From contig CBDDCA010000006.1 of NCBI GenBank assembly GCA_965226055.1, positions 416,001 to 480,000 on the forward strand: a stretch of DNA of 64,000 nucleotides. Direction: 5' to 3'. Both the position numbers and the translations under genes were made by a program. The first letter of the stretch is position 1, and each line of letters starts with the position of its first letter. Below the pieces are notes generated by a model. The model had not been told where the DNA came from. It was given only the letters and a program-made list of their open reading frames with translations, and searched no databases. Shown here piece by piece: positions 20,401 through 29,387 of the stretch. This DNA comes from Spirochaetia bacterium (GTDB lineage Bacteria > Spirochaetota > Spirochaetia > WTKD01 > G963693115).

Positions 20401-22115
20401 TGTATGTTTTGCCTTGCGTGAGTTCTTCAACAGAGAGTGATGTTGTGGGATAAGCTACTTTTTTCTCATTTACTACTGCAGTACTTGTGCCTTTCTCTGC
20501 TATGCTTATGCTGTATTCTTTTATGTCTTTGTTATTGGCTTTTGTTACATCGGGGGCTGTCCATGTTATCTGTGTGCCTATCTTTGCTGCTGATACAAAA
20601 GGATAGCTTGCTTGTATGTTTGTCACTGCATCGGGGGCGGTGCTATCGTCTGCGGTGGTTACTATGGCTGTTGCCTCTGTTCCTTTGTTGCCTGCACTGT
20701 CCATTGATACGACTGCCACTGTATACTCGGTAGTGGCTTTGAGGCCTGGTATTTGTGTGTTGCGTACTGCTCTCTCTGTTATTGTCACTGTCTTTGCTGC
20801 TGTTGTGCTATCCTTTTCTGTTGCTGTTATAGTCACTCCTGCATAGTCTCGTACATCGGGGGCTTGCCAACCTACTACTATGCTTGTTGCTCCTCCTACT
20901 ACACTTACATTGGTCGCGGGCTTTGTTGTTTTGTCTGTTGTTGCTTGTTCTTTTGACACTGCAGTGGAGTACTTTCCGTTTTTAAAAACATACACTTCTA
21001 CTTTGTACGTAAGCGTGCCATAGAGTTTTGTGAGTGCTATGCCATCTTTTGCTACATACACAGTAGCATATTCTTTGTTTTGTGCTGTTGCACTGCTGAG
21101 TGTTGCAGTACTGCTATTGTTCACAGTTTCCTCTGCTACTACTGTATTTGTTGCTTTTTCTGTGACTCGTACTAAAAGACTTTTGTCTGTAAAAGTAAAG
21201 CTCCCCCACTTGATAAGCAGGCTCTCATCGGCTGGGCTATTGCTTTTATCGTTTGCTGTTACTGTAAGGTCTGCCTCTGGCAGTGGCGTTACTGTTTGTG
21301 AAAGCTGGGATACTTGCACACCTGTCAGTACTGTTGCGGGACCGCTTGTGTTATCATTTCTGTCTTTGTAGCGTATTTCTACATCATAGGATATGCCTGC
21401 AAGCGTGGAGACATTTGAAAGTATAACTTCTCCTTGCTGTAGGTTCTGCACGGTAGCTTGCGCAAGCACTATGCCACCAGTCGTGCTTTTTACCACTATT
21501 GTGGCTTCGGCTATGTCTGTCTTGCCTAGTGCAAGTCGCTCTTTGTCCCATGTTATCTTTATACCATCTCCCGACTTCTCTACTCCTACCTGTGTCAATG
21601 TGTCCTGTGGTGCAGTAGTATCTATCAGTGTTGTAACAGAGCGTGTTGTTTTTGGTGATACTTCTGTGTCTTTTTGTGCCTCTATCTCTACAGTGTAGTC
21701 GGTGAGTGCTTGTAAGCCTTTGAGTTGGTACGATTGTCCTTGTTGAAAGAGTGTTTGATATTCTATTGCAGGAACACGCACTTGTATAGACTGTGCTGGT
21801 GCAGTTGATGTAGCTTTTACGACTACATGCGTGGCTTCGCTGGGAGCTTCCCAGCGTAACGAGAGTGTCCCATCGTTGCTTGCTACTTGTATCTGCACAT
21901 TGGACACTGATGCGAGTGTCGGGGTTACTGGCGTTCCCCCTCCGCCTGATGAGGAACTGCTACTGCCCTCCGAACATCCTACGAGTACGAGGGTAGTCAT
22001 TGCTAACACTAAAAATAATGCTACTAGAGTTATGTTTTGCTTATATCGAGAGTGTACCCCCCCCCCCGATTTTTTTCACGCTGTGTAATTCCTTACTCAA
22101 CCATATTTTTCTCAT
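17405..22115 (-). CDS. Large surface lipoprotein copy 1 (FN3-like stalk, DUF285 tip), frameshifted at a G11 tract; open frame 17405..22009
   Basis: SD AAGGAG then ATG 22115; G11 leads to an early TAA, G10 joins the 1534-aa ORF; lipobox LVG-C; FN3 motifs ([27 protein letters not shown]); FNQDIGxWD repeats. Confidence 0.88.
22057..22067. repeat. G11 tract in signal-peptide coding region of copy 1
   Basis: 11 C on the + strand between the upstream ATG and the lipobox. Confidence 0.9.
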
Positions 22116-22326
22116 AATGATCTCCTTTATTGTATTATCGTGTACTTATCAGCATACACAATAGTTATTGTAGTACATATTATAATTTTTGTTATTTCCA
22201 TAATAGCACAATTACTATTGTATAGAAATTCTTATAATATAATATACTAAATATATACTCGCTAGTGTACGATACATATGAACAGTGTACCGTTACACTA
22301 TTGAAAAAACGAAAAGGAGTTACTGT

Positions 22327-24228
22327 ATGTCTCTAAAAAAAATATTGGAAGCATTTACCTTAGACAAGGAAATAGTTGATATATTACAAGCAAGCCCTGA
22401 ACTATTATTTGTAAAATCAAAGAGAGAAATTATTGAAAAAATTTTTGAAGGCAACACTAAAGATAAAGTAGATGTAACATTTGATATAGGAAATGGAAAA
22501 TCGTATAAAGAAATCAGTGTTGTTCGCTGTAAAAATGGACTCTCTGTTAATTTTTATGATACCTATATGAGACGCAGAGATCCAAATGCAATGGTTATTG
22601 CTGATAATAATCCAACGAATAAAAAAACATACAAAGAAATATTTTCAAAAGATTTTTCTGTTACAAGAAAAGAAACATTTGATTGGTTAAAGAAACAAAA
22701 ATTATATGTAGTACCATTTTATTCAGGCACCAAAGAAGCAGGATACCTTTCGCTTGCTCTTGTGCCAAAAGATGCTGCTTTTTTTGCCCTCACTTTAGGC
22801 GATCTTCAAGGCTTTGTTCCTATACAAAAATTACCTGCAGAAAACAAAGCTCCCAGAGGAATAATATTTGTTGCTCCTCCATTTAGACATACACACTTTG
22901 AAGGAAAACAAGTGGTAGTACATAACCGAAAAGAAAAAACTCATGAAGTATTTTCTTACAATCTTTATCCCGGACCAAGTGCTAAAAAAGGAGTGTACAG
23001 TATACTACTCAACATAGGAGAAACTGCAGAAGAAAAATGGACAACGCTTCACTGTTCAACAGTAAAAGTGGTAACTCCATATGAATGTGAAATAGTCATT
23101 ATGCATGAAGGAGCATCAGGCGGAGGAAAAACAGAAATGACACAAGATGCCCATACAAAAAAAGGAAATCTTTTACTTGCACGTAATCCCGATAACCATG
23201 ATAGTACTGTTCTCAGCATGAACGATACTTGTACCCTTTATCCGCTTACTGATGATATGGGACTTGTACACCCTTCAAAAAATAAAGGAAGCAAGCTAGT
23301 GGTTGAAGATGCTGAAAACGCATGGTTCTTACGAGTAGATCATCTTAAAAGCTATGGCACAGATATTATTTTAGAAAGTCTATGTATATCTCCTCCTGAA
23401 CCACTGGTATTTCTTAACATTGACGGAAAAGCTGGAGCAACTGCATTATTATGGGAACATACGCTTGATGCTCCTGATAAACCTTGCCCTAACCCAAGAG
23501 TAGTTGTTCCTAGGAAAGATATTCCTAACATTATAAATAAACCTCTTGAAGTAGATATTCGCAGCTTTGGTGTACGCACACCTCGCTGCACAAAAGAAAA
23601 TCCTACCTATGGTATAGTTGGTATGCTTCATATATTGCCACCTCCACTTGCTTGGCTATGGCGATTAGTAGCTCCACGTGGACACTCTAATCCTAGTATT
23701 ATTTCTGCAGGAAAAGGACTTGCAAGTGAAGGGGTAGGATCTTACTGGCCATTTGCTACAGGAACAAGAGTAGAACAGGCAAATATTTTGCTTCATCAAA
23801 TACAAGAAACCCCTGATACAAAATTTGTACTCATCCCCAACCAATTCATAGGAGCTTACTATGTAGGATTTAGTGCACAATGGACATCACGAGAAATTCT
23901 TGCGAGAAGAGGAGGAGTCAACTATAAACAACATCAGCTTATCCCTGCTCGTTGTAGTTTGCTAGGGTATACCCCAACAACACTTCGCTTTAGTAATACT
24001 CCAATTCCACGAGGACTCTTACGAGTAGATGAACAAGCAGAAGTAGGACAAACAGCATACAATGAAGGAAGTGATCAGATAATAGCTTTCTTTAAGGAAC
24101 AGTTAGATCTCTATTTACAAGATAATGCGTTAGATCCACTAGGAAGAATGATTATTGAAATGTGCCTCCGTGATGCTTCACTTGAAGACTATAATTCTTT
24201 CTCAGAGCGTTTCTTTCATAAAAATTAG
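22327..24228 (+). CDS. DUF4914 family protein (PEPCK-like P-loop)
   Basis: YMRRRDP, YNLYPGPSAKKGVY, HEGASGGGK, SEGVGSYWPF; SD AAGGAG before ATG 22327. Confidence 0.85.
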   Translation: MSLKKILEAFTLDKEIVDILQASPELLFVKSKREIIEKIFEGNTKDKVDVTFDIGNGKSYKEISVVRCKNGLSVNFYDTYMRRRDPNAMVIADNNPTNKKTYKEIFSKDFSVTRKETFDWLKKQKLYVVPFYSGTKEAGYLSLALVPKDAAFFALTLGDLQGFVPIQKLPAENKAPRGIIFVAPPFRHTHFEGKQVVVHNRKEKTHEVFSYNLYPGPSAKKGVYSILLNIGETAEEKWTTLHCSTVKVVTPYECEIVIMHEGASGGGKTEMTQDAHTKKGNLLLARNPDNHDSTVLSMNDTCTLYPLTDDMGLVHPSKNKGSKLVVEDAENAWFLRVDHLKSYGTDIILESLCISPPEPLVFLNIDGKAGATALLWEHTLDAPDKPCPNPRVVVPRKDIPNIINKPLEVDIRSFGVRTPRCTKENPTYGIVGMLHILPPPLAWLWRLVAPRGHSNPSIISAGKGLASEGVGSYWPFATGTRVEQANILLHQIQETPDTKFVLIPNQFIGAYYVGFSAQWTSREILARRGGVNYKQHQLIPARCSLLGYTPTTLRFSNTPIPRGLLRVDEQAEVGQTAYNEGSDQIIAFFKEQLDLYLQDNALDPLGRMIIEMCLRDASLEDYNSFSERFFHKN

Positions 24229-24270
24229 AGGTAACATATACTATTAAAAATCATATAATATACATATACA

Positions 24271-24308
24271 CAGAAATTGACATTAGTATTAACTAAAGTC
24301 AATTTCTG
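24271..24308 (+). terminator. Stem-loop after DUF4914 gene
   Basis: cagaaattgac...gtcaatttctg inverted repeat. Confidence 0.55.
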
Positions 24309-24364
24309 GCATCAGATTATTATAGACACAATACTACTTAGCTGCACATGGCTTAAAGGTAATT

Positions 24365-25774
24365 ATGTATAGTATAGGGCTTGATATTGGCACTAGCAAT
24401 CTCTCCGTTGTGCTTATAGACAAAGACAGCACTATTATCACTACAAAAAGTGTTAAAAATGACAGTACAGTAAAAGGAAAGCATTTTGAAGCATTACAAG
24501 ATCCTTTCTCTATATTTCTTACAGCACAAACACTTATTGATACAATACTACAAAGCGTTGATGTCAGTACATTACATGGTATAGGAATATCTAATCAGAT
24601 GCACGGTATAGTATATGTTGATACAACAATCAATGCACTCAGCCCATTGTATACATGGCAAGATAAACGAGGAGATGAAGCATATAATCAAGACTACTCT
24701 TTCTCTGAGTATGTGCATATCCATACTGGGTTTCAAGTACCAACAGGATATGGATTGCTTACACATTTTTATAACATACAAAAAAAATTAGTACCTTCCA
24801 ATACCGCATGCATACTGGATATAGGGAGCTTTATTGCTGCAAAATTAGTAACATCGCATTTACACACTGATAGCCTTGCTAGTACAAACTCTAACATAAA
24901 CCCTAACACAAATCATAGTTCTCTTCCATTTTTAATACATACAAGTAATGCACATGCGTGGGGATTTTTTGATATTGTAACACAAAATTTTAATCAAAAT
25001 GCTTTACATACATTAGGCATAGACACTGCCATCATTCCAAGCATATGTAATGATCCTATGCCAGTGGGAGCATACAAAAATATTACTGTGTATCCTGCAC
25101 TTGGAGATAATCAAGCTGGAGTACTAGGAAGCATAGGAACAAATACAGAGGCAGTACTGATTAACATTGGTACCTCTGCACAATTATCCTTTATTGATAG
25201 TAGCATTCCTCTCTTTTCTGATACACATACATGGGAGATGCGCCCTTTCATACAAGATACAATACTCTATGTTGCTAGTAGCCTCTGCGGAGGAAAAACA
25301 TTAGATATTTGGACCTACTTTATTGCACATGCTATACATACTATTCAAGATAGTACCGATACAATAGAAAATATACAAAAAACAGTCTATACATTTCTTT
25401 CATCGCTTAGCCATAATACACAAGAGAAAGAACATCAAAAAATAAAAACTGACCTTACAGTTACTCCCTATTTTTATGGTACAAGAAATACCCCTAAGGC
25501 TCGTGCTGCAATTACTGATATTTCTCCTGACAATTTTAATATACATACAATGAGTAAGGCAATGATGCAAGGAATAACAGATGAATTACTTGCGTTTTGG
25601 AACAAAGTACCTCCATCTATTCAAAATAACAAACACAAACTGTTTCTCACTGGTAAAAGTACTACTATTCCTTTTCTCCAACAGCAGCTCAAAAAAGCAT
25701 TCTCTCCCTTACAATTATGTTTGCTAGCATCTACAGAATATAGTGCTATAGGAGCAGCAATGTGGACTCAATAA
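24365..25774 (+). CDS. Sedoheptulokinase-like FGGY carbohydrate kinase
   Basis: IGLDIGTS, NQMHG, TWQDKR, TGYGLLT, LGDNQA, NIGTSAQLS, ASSLCGG. Confidence 0.85.
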   Translation: MYSIGLDIGTSNLSVVLIDKDSTIITTKSVKNDSTVKGKHFEALQDPFSIFLTAQTLIDTILQSVDVSTLHGIGISNQMHGIVYVDTTINALSPLYTWQDKRGDEAYNQDYSFSEYVHIHTGFQVPTGYGLLTHFYNIQKKLVPSNTACILDIGSFIAAKLVTSHLHTDSLASTNSNINPNTNHSSLPFLIHTSNAHAWGFFDIVTQNFNQNALHTLGIDTAIIPSICNDPMPVGAYKNITVYPALGDNQAGVLGSIGTNTEAVLINIGTSAQLSFIDSSIPLFSDTHTWEMRPFIQDTILYVASSLCGGKTLDIWTYFIAHAIHTIQDSTDTIENIQKTVYTFLSSLSHNTQEKEHQKIKTDLTVTPYFYGTRNTPKARAAITDISPDNFNIHTMSKAMMQGITDELLAFWNKVPPSIQNNKHKLFLTGKSTTIPFLQQQLKKAFSPLQLCLLASTEYSAIGAAMWTQ

Positions 25775-25851
25775 ATTACATACCTATGTATGGTTATCAT
25801 CGCTATGAGAATATCCATTATCATGCATATGGTAAGGATGTGTCATTATAA

Positions 25852-27282
25852 CTAATACGCTTTTGCATACACTACCATATGTTTTGCTTCTTTTCCACTA
25901 AATATACAAGTACTTCCTACAGGAGGTTTCTGTGGCAACACAATCCGAATAGTGCTTTTCGTTTCATTTTTTATTGCCGTTTCTGTCTCTTGCAAACCGT
26001 CCCAAGGAGCTATGATATACCCAGAAATCTCTTGCTGTAACTGTTGTTTCATTTCATCAAAGTCTGTGATAGTATGAGTATGCTGTTCCCTAAATTGTAA
26101 TGCATGTTGATATAGTCTTTTTTGAATAGTATGCAACAGAGACTCTATTTCTTTTTCTGCTGAGGCAACAGGCACTTGTATTTTCTCTCCTGTATCTCTT
26201 GCTACAAGCGTAAGTACTTTATTTTCTATATCACGAGGACCTAACTCAATACGTATAGGAACACCACGCAATTCCCATTCAGCAAATTTCCATCCAGGTT
26301 TCTGTTCATAATTTCTATCTAATTCTACCCTAAACTGACCAGATAACATATCTCTCAGTTTTGTTGCTTCCTGTATCACCATGCTTTTAGAGTCACTTTT
26401 ATAGATAGGTACAATAACCACCTCATCAGGAGCAATACGAGGAGGAAGAATAAGCCCTTTTTTATCAGAATGTGTCATAATAATAGCTCCAATAAGACGA
26501 GTAGAAACTCCCCACGATGTTGCCCATACATATTCTAGCTCCAAGTGCTCATTTTGAAACTGTACATCAAACGCTTTCGCAAAATTTTGCCCTAAAAAAT
26601 GAGAAGTACCTGCTTGCAATGATTTTCCATCCTGCAATAACGTTTCAATAGCATAGGTAGCAACAGCTCCAGCAAACTTTTCTTTTTCGGTTTTCACTCC
26701 ATCAATCACTGGCAATGCTAGTTCATTCTTTGCAAAATCTTTATAAATTTCCAATATAGTGAGCGTTTCCTCTTCTGCTTCTTGTTGTGTTTGATGAGCA
26801 GTATGACCTTCTTGCCATAAAAATTCAGTGGTACGCAAAAAAAGACGAGTCCGTTTTTCCCAACGAATAACATTTGCCCACTGATTGATAAGCAAAGGTA
26901 AATCACGATACGATTGTATCCATTTTTTGTACATGCTCCAGATAATAGTTTCAGAAGTAGGACGAAGCACAAGCGGTTGTTCCAGTGTTTCTCCTCCTCC
27001 ATGTGTCACTACTGCTAATTCAGGAGAAAATCCTTCAACATGTTCTTTTTCCTTAGAGATAAAACTCTGTGGTATCAGTAATGGAAAATAAGCATTTTTA
27101 TGCCCTGTTTTTTTTAATCGTACATCTAATGCCTGTTGCATATTTTCCCATACTGCATACCCACGTGGACGTATTACCATGCACCCTTTTACAGGACTAT
27201 AATCCGCTAACTCAGCTTTCGTAACTAAATCTACATACCACTCAGAAAAATGATCTTCTTTTACACTTACCGTTTCTGCCAT
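25852..27282 (-). CDS. proS: Proline--tRNA ligase (archaeal/eukaryote type)
   Basis: FSEWY, RPTSET, FLRTTEFLWQEGHT, SWGVSTR, C-terminal AKAY; ATG 27282 preferred. Confidence 0.97.
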   Translation of the reverse strand: MAETVSVKEDHFSEWYVDLVTKAELADYSPVKGCMVIRPRGYAVWENMQQALDVRLKKTGHKNAYFPLLIPQSFISKEKEHVEGFSPELAVVTHGGGETLEQPLVLRPTSETIIWSMYKKWIQSYRDLPLLINQWANVIRWEKRTRLFLRTTEFLWQEGHTAHQTQQEAEEETLTILEIYKDFAKNELALPVIDGVKTEKEKFAGAVATYAIETLLQDGKSLQAGTSHFLGQNFAKAFDVQFQNEHLELEYVWATSWGVSTRLIGAIIMTHSDKKGLILPPRIAPDEVVIVPIYKSDSKSMVIQEATKLRDMLSGQFRVELDRNYEQKPGWKFAEWELRGVPIRIELGPRDIENKVLTLVARDTGEKIQVPVASAEKEIESLLHTIQKRLYQHALQFREQHTHTITDFDEMKQQLQQEISGYIIAPWDGLQETETAIKNETKSTIRIVLPQKPPVGSTCIFSGKEAKHMVVYAKAY

Positions 27283-27384
27283 ACATTTATTATACTCTAT
27301 ACAGAACTTTACATACAAATAGTACAAGAGATAAGAAATATGCTATCCAGAAAATATATAACTACTAATACTCTTACTATAAGG

Positions 27385-27833
27385 TTACTTCAATCTCTCA
27401 CCACTAAATTCAGTATATGGAGACTTTACTTTTTGTTTATTAATTTCAATAGTAGACGGCAATCTTGATATAGCCATTGCTCCTCTTTCTATTCTTTGAA
27501 TAGTTATTTGTTCTTTATTCTCTTTATATATGTCAGAAAAAGCACCTCCTGTTTTCCTAGTTCCTAATGGTGTTAATAAAATGATACTTTTTTCTGTGTA
27601 CTCAATAATATACCGCATTATTGGAATAAAATCCGTATCATTACTCACTAACACAATTTTTTCTATTTCTTTTTCATTTTTCTTACAAATATCATGCACT
27701 ACCTGTATTCCAATAGCAACATCTGTTTCTTTCTCTTCATATCCCTCAGCGATAAATCATACTGATTTTCTTTTAAGAATCTTACAAGAGAATGATATAC
27801 ATTAAGTCCATCAATATACACAAAAGTATTCAT
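27385..27833 (-). pseudogene. NYN/LabA (PIN-like) domain pseudogene with internal deletion and frameshift
   Basis: ATG 27833 gives MNTFVYIDGLNVYH; a different frame continues EEKETDVAIG...LVSNDTDFIP; the middle of the domain is missing. Confidence 0.8.
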
Positions 27834-27860
27834 AAAAAAAACCTATCCATATAGGATAGG
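27834..27860 (-). terminator. Terminator-like hairpin plus T8 directly before the NYN start codon
   Basis: Minus strand CCTATCC-TATAT-GGATAGG-TTTTTTTT-ATG. Confidence 0.6.
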
Positions 27861-27990
27861 CATGTGATGACTTAAAGTTGTATAGATATATCTATCTAAA
27901 ATAAATTACACAGACATCCTAAAACAACGCATCTGGCTATAATCTATTATTGTAAATTTTGTAAAAAAAGTCAAGTACTTTTTTAAGTTA

Positions 27991-29228
27991 TGTAACGAAA
28001 ACCTGAAAATGTCACCTTCTTAAAAAAGCTGAAAATGTCACTTATGATGTATGTATGAAACACATTATTATGAGTGACAAAGAACTTTTATATGAAAAAG
28101 TATGTATTGCATACCACAAAGGAAACATCCCTGTTTCTCGTGCTGCTCAACAGGCTTCCATCAGTATTCGCCATATGCATCGTATCTATAAAAAATGGCT
28201 TGCAGGAGGGACTCCTTCCCTCTGTCATGCTTCTCGTGGATCTCAGGGCAGAACTCAATACGACCCTGCTACAAAACAACATATCCTTTTTCTTTTTCAT
28301 ACACAACTCTCCAATCATACCATCTCTCATGCTGTAGCCGTACTCAAACATCAGTTTTCTCTCTTTGTTTCTGCTCCTACCCTTCGTAAGTGGCTTGGTA
28401 TCCCTCAACAATCCCAAAGAACTCCTGTGAAACGAAAAAAACGCCCTCGTATGTCTCATTTCGGTCACATGCTTCAATGTGATAGCAGTTTTCACCAGTG
28501 GTTTGGCTCTCAGCATCCTCCTTGTTGTCTCATTGCCCTTATTGATGATGCCTCCAGTACCATCCTCCTTCGCTTTGCAGAACAAGAATTTATCCGTGAT
28601 GTCCTGCTTTTACTTAAACAATGGTGTACTTCTTATGGTATTCCTGCCTCTTTGTACTGTGATAGACGCAATGCTTATGTTCCTGCCCCTGATCTTTCCC
28701 GTCATATTCCTCAAGTCTGTCAACGTCTGGGAGTCGATTTGATTAATGCTCATTCTCCTCAGGCGAAAGGCAGAGTAGAACGACTGTTCCGTACCCTCCA
28801 GTCTCGTCTTTGTGCTGAACTCTCTCGTCATGCTATTCATTCTATCTCTCACGCTAATGCTTTCCTGCCTTTTTTTATCAAACAACACAATACAGAATTT
28901 GCTCTTCCTCTTGACGCTCTTCCTTCTGCTCATGTCCCTCTTGTTGATGCTGCTTCTCTTGATACTCCTTTTGCTTACCATACTACTCGTGTCCTCAGAA
29001 ATGACTGGACTATTTCTTTTCGTGGTACTGCTTTGCAGATTGTTCCTCCTCCTCATTCTGTTGCTCTTCGTCCTCGCAAAGCTCTCTCTTGCCATATTCA
29101 TTTAGATGATTCTCTTCATTTATTCTATAATGGCTATAGTATCAATTTTACGGAGATCCCTTCATCTTATGCCTATCAGTGACATTTTCGGCTTTCCTTT
29201 TTTGTGACATTTTCAGGTTTTCGTTACA
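27991..29228 (+). mobile_element. Complete 1238-bp IS, IS1202 family (former ISNCY; ISTde1-like), 16-bp target-site duplication
   Basis: Perfect 25-bp IRs TGTAACGAAAACCTGAAAATGTCAC; second internal copy of the ctgaaaatgtcac motif at each end; direct repeat gtacttttttaagtta at 27975-27990 and 29229-29244. Confidence 0.92.
28055..29182 (+). CDS. DDE transposase (IS1202/IS481-related)
   Basis: N-terminal HTH; QCDSS, IDDAS, YCDR, SPQAKGRVERLFRTLQSRL. Confidence 0.93.
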   Translation: MKHIIMSDKELLYEKVCIAYHKGNIPVSRAAQQASISIRHMHRIYKKWLAGGTPSLCHASRGSQGRTQYDPATKQHILFLFHTQLSNHTISHAVAVLKHQFSLFVSAPTLRKWLGIPQQSQRTPVKRKKRPRMSHFGHMLQCDSSFHQWFGSQHPPCCLIALIDDASSTILLRFAEQEFIRDVLLLLKQWCTSYGIPASLYCDRRNAYVPAPDLSRHIPQVCQRLGVDLINAHSPQAKGRVERLFRTLQSRLCAELSRHAIHSISHANAFLPFFIKQHNTEFALPLDALPSAHVPLVDAASLDTPFAYHTTRVLRNDWTISFRGTALQIVPPPHSVALRPRKALSCHIHLDDSLHLFYNGYSINFTEIPSSYAYQ

Positions 29229-29278
29229 GTACTTTTTTAAGTTATTTGTACTTTTACCATCTGGTGTGAACCCCAAAA

Positions 29279-29306
29279 TCCATGATAGTAATTATACTAT
29301 CATGGA
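29279..29306 (-). terminator. Stem-loop downstream of lipoprotein copy 2
   Basis: 12-bp inverted repeat tccatgatagta/tactatcatgga with 4-nt loop. Confidence 0.55.
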
Positions 29307-29387
29307 AATAATAAATAAAAATAAAAAAATACAGGCATATGATTCCTTCTCAGCGTATATCTATTATTAGCTTTGCTTATGCTCCTA

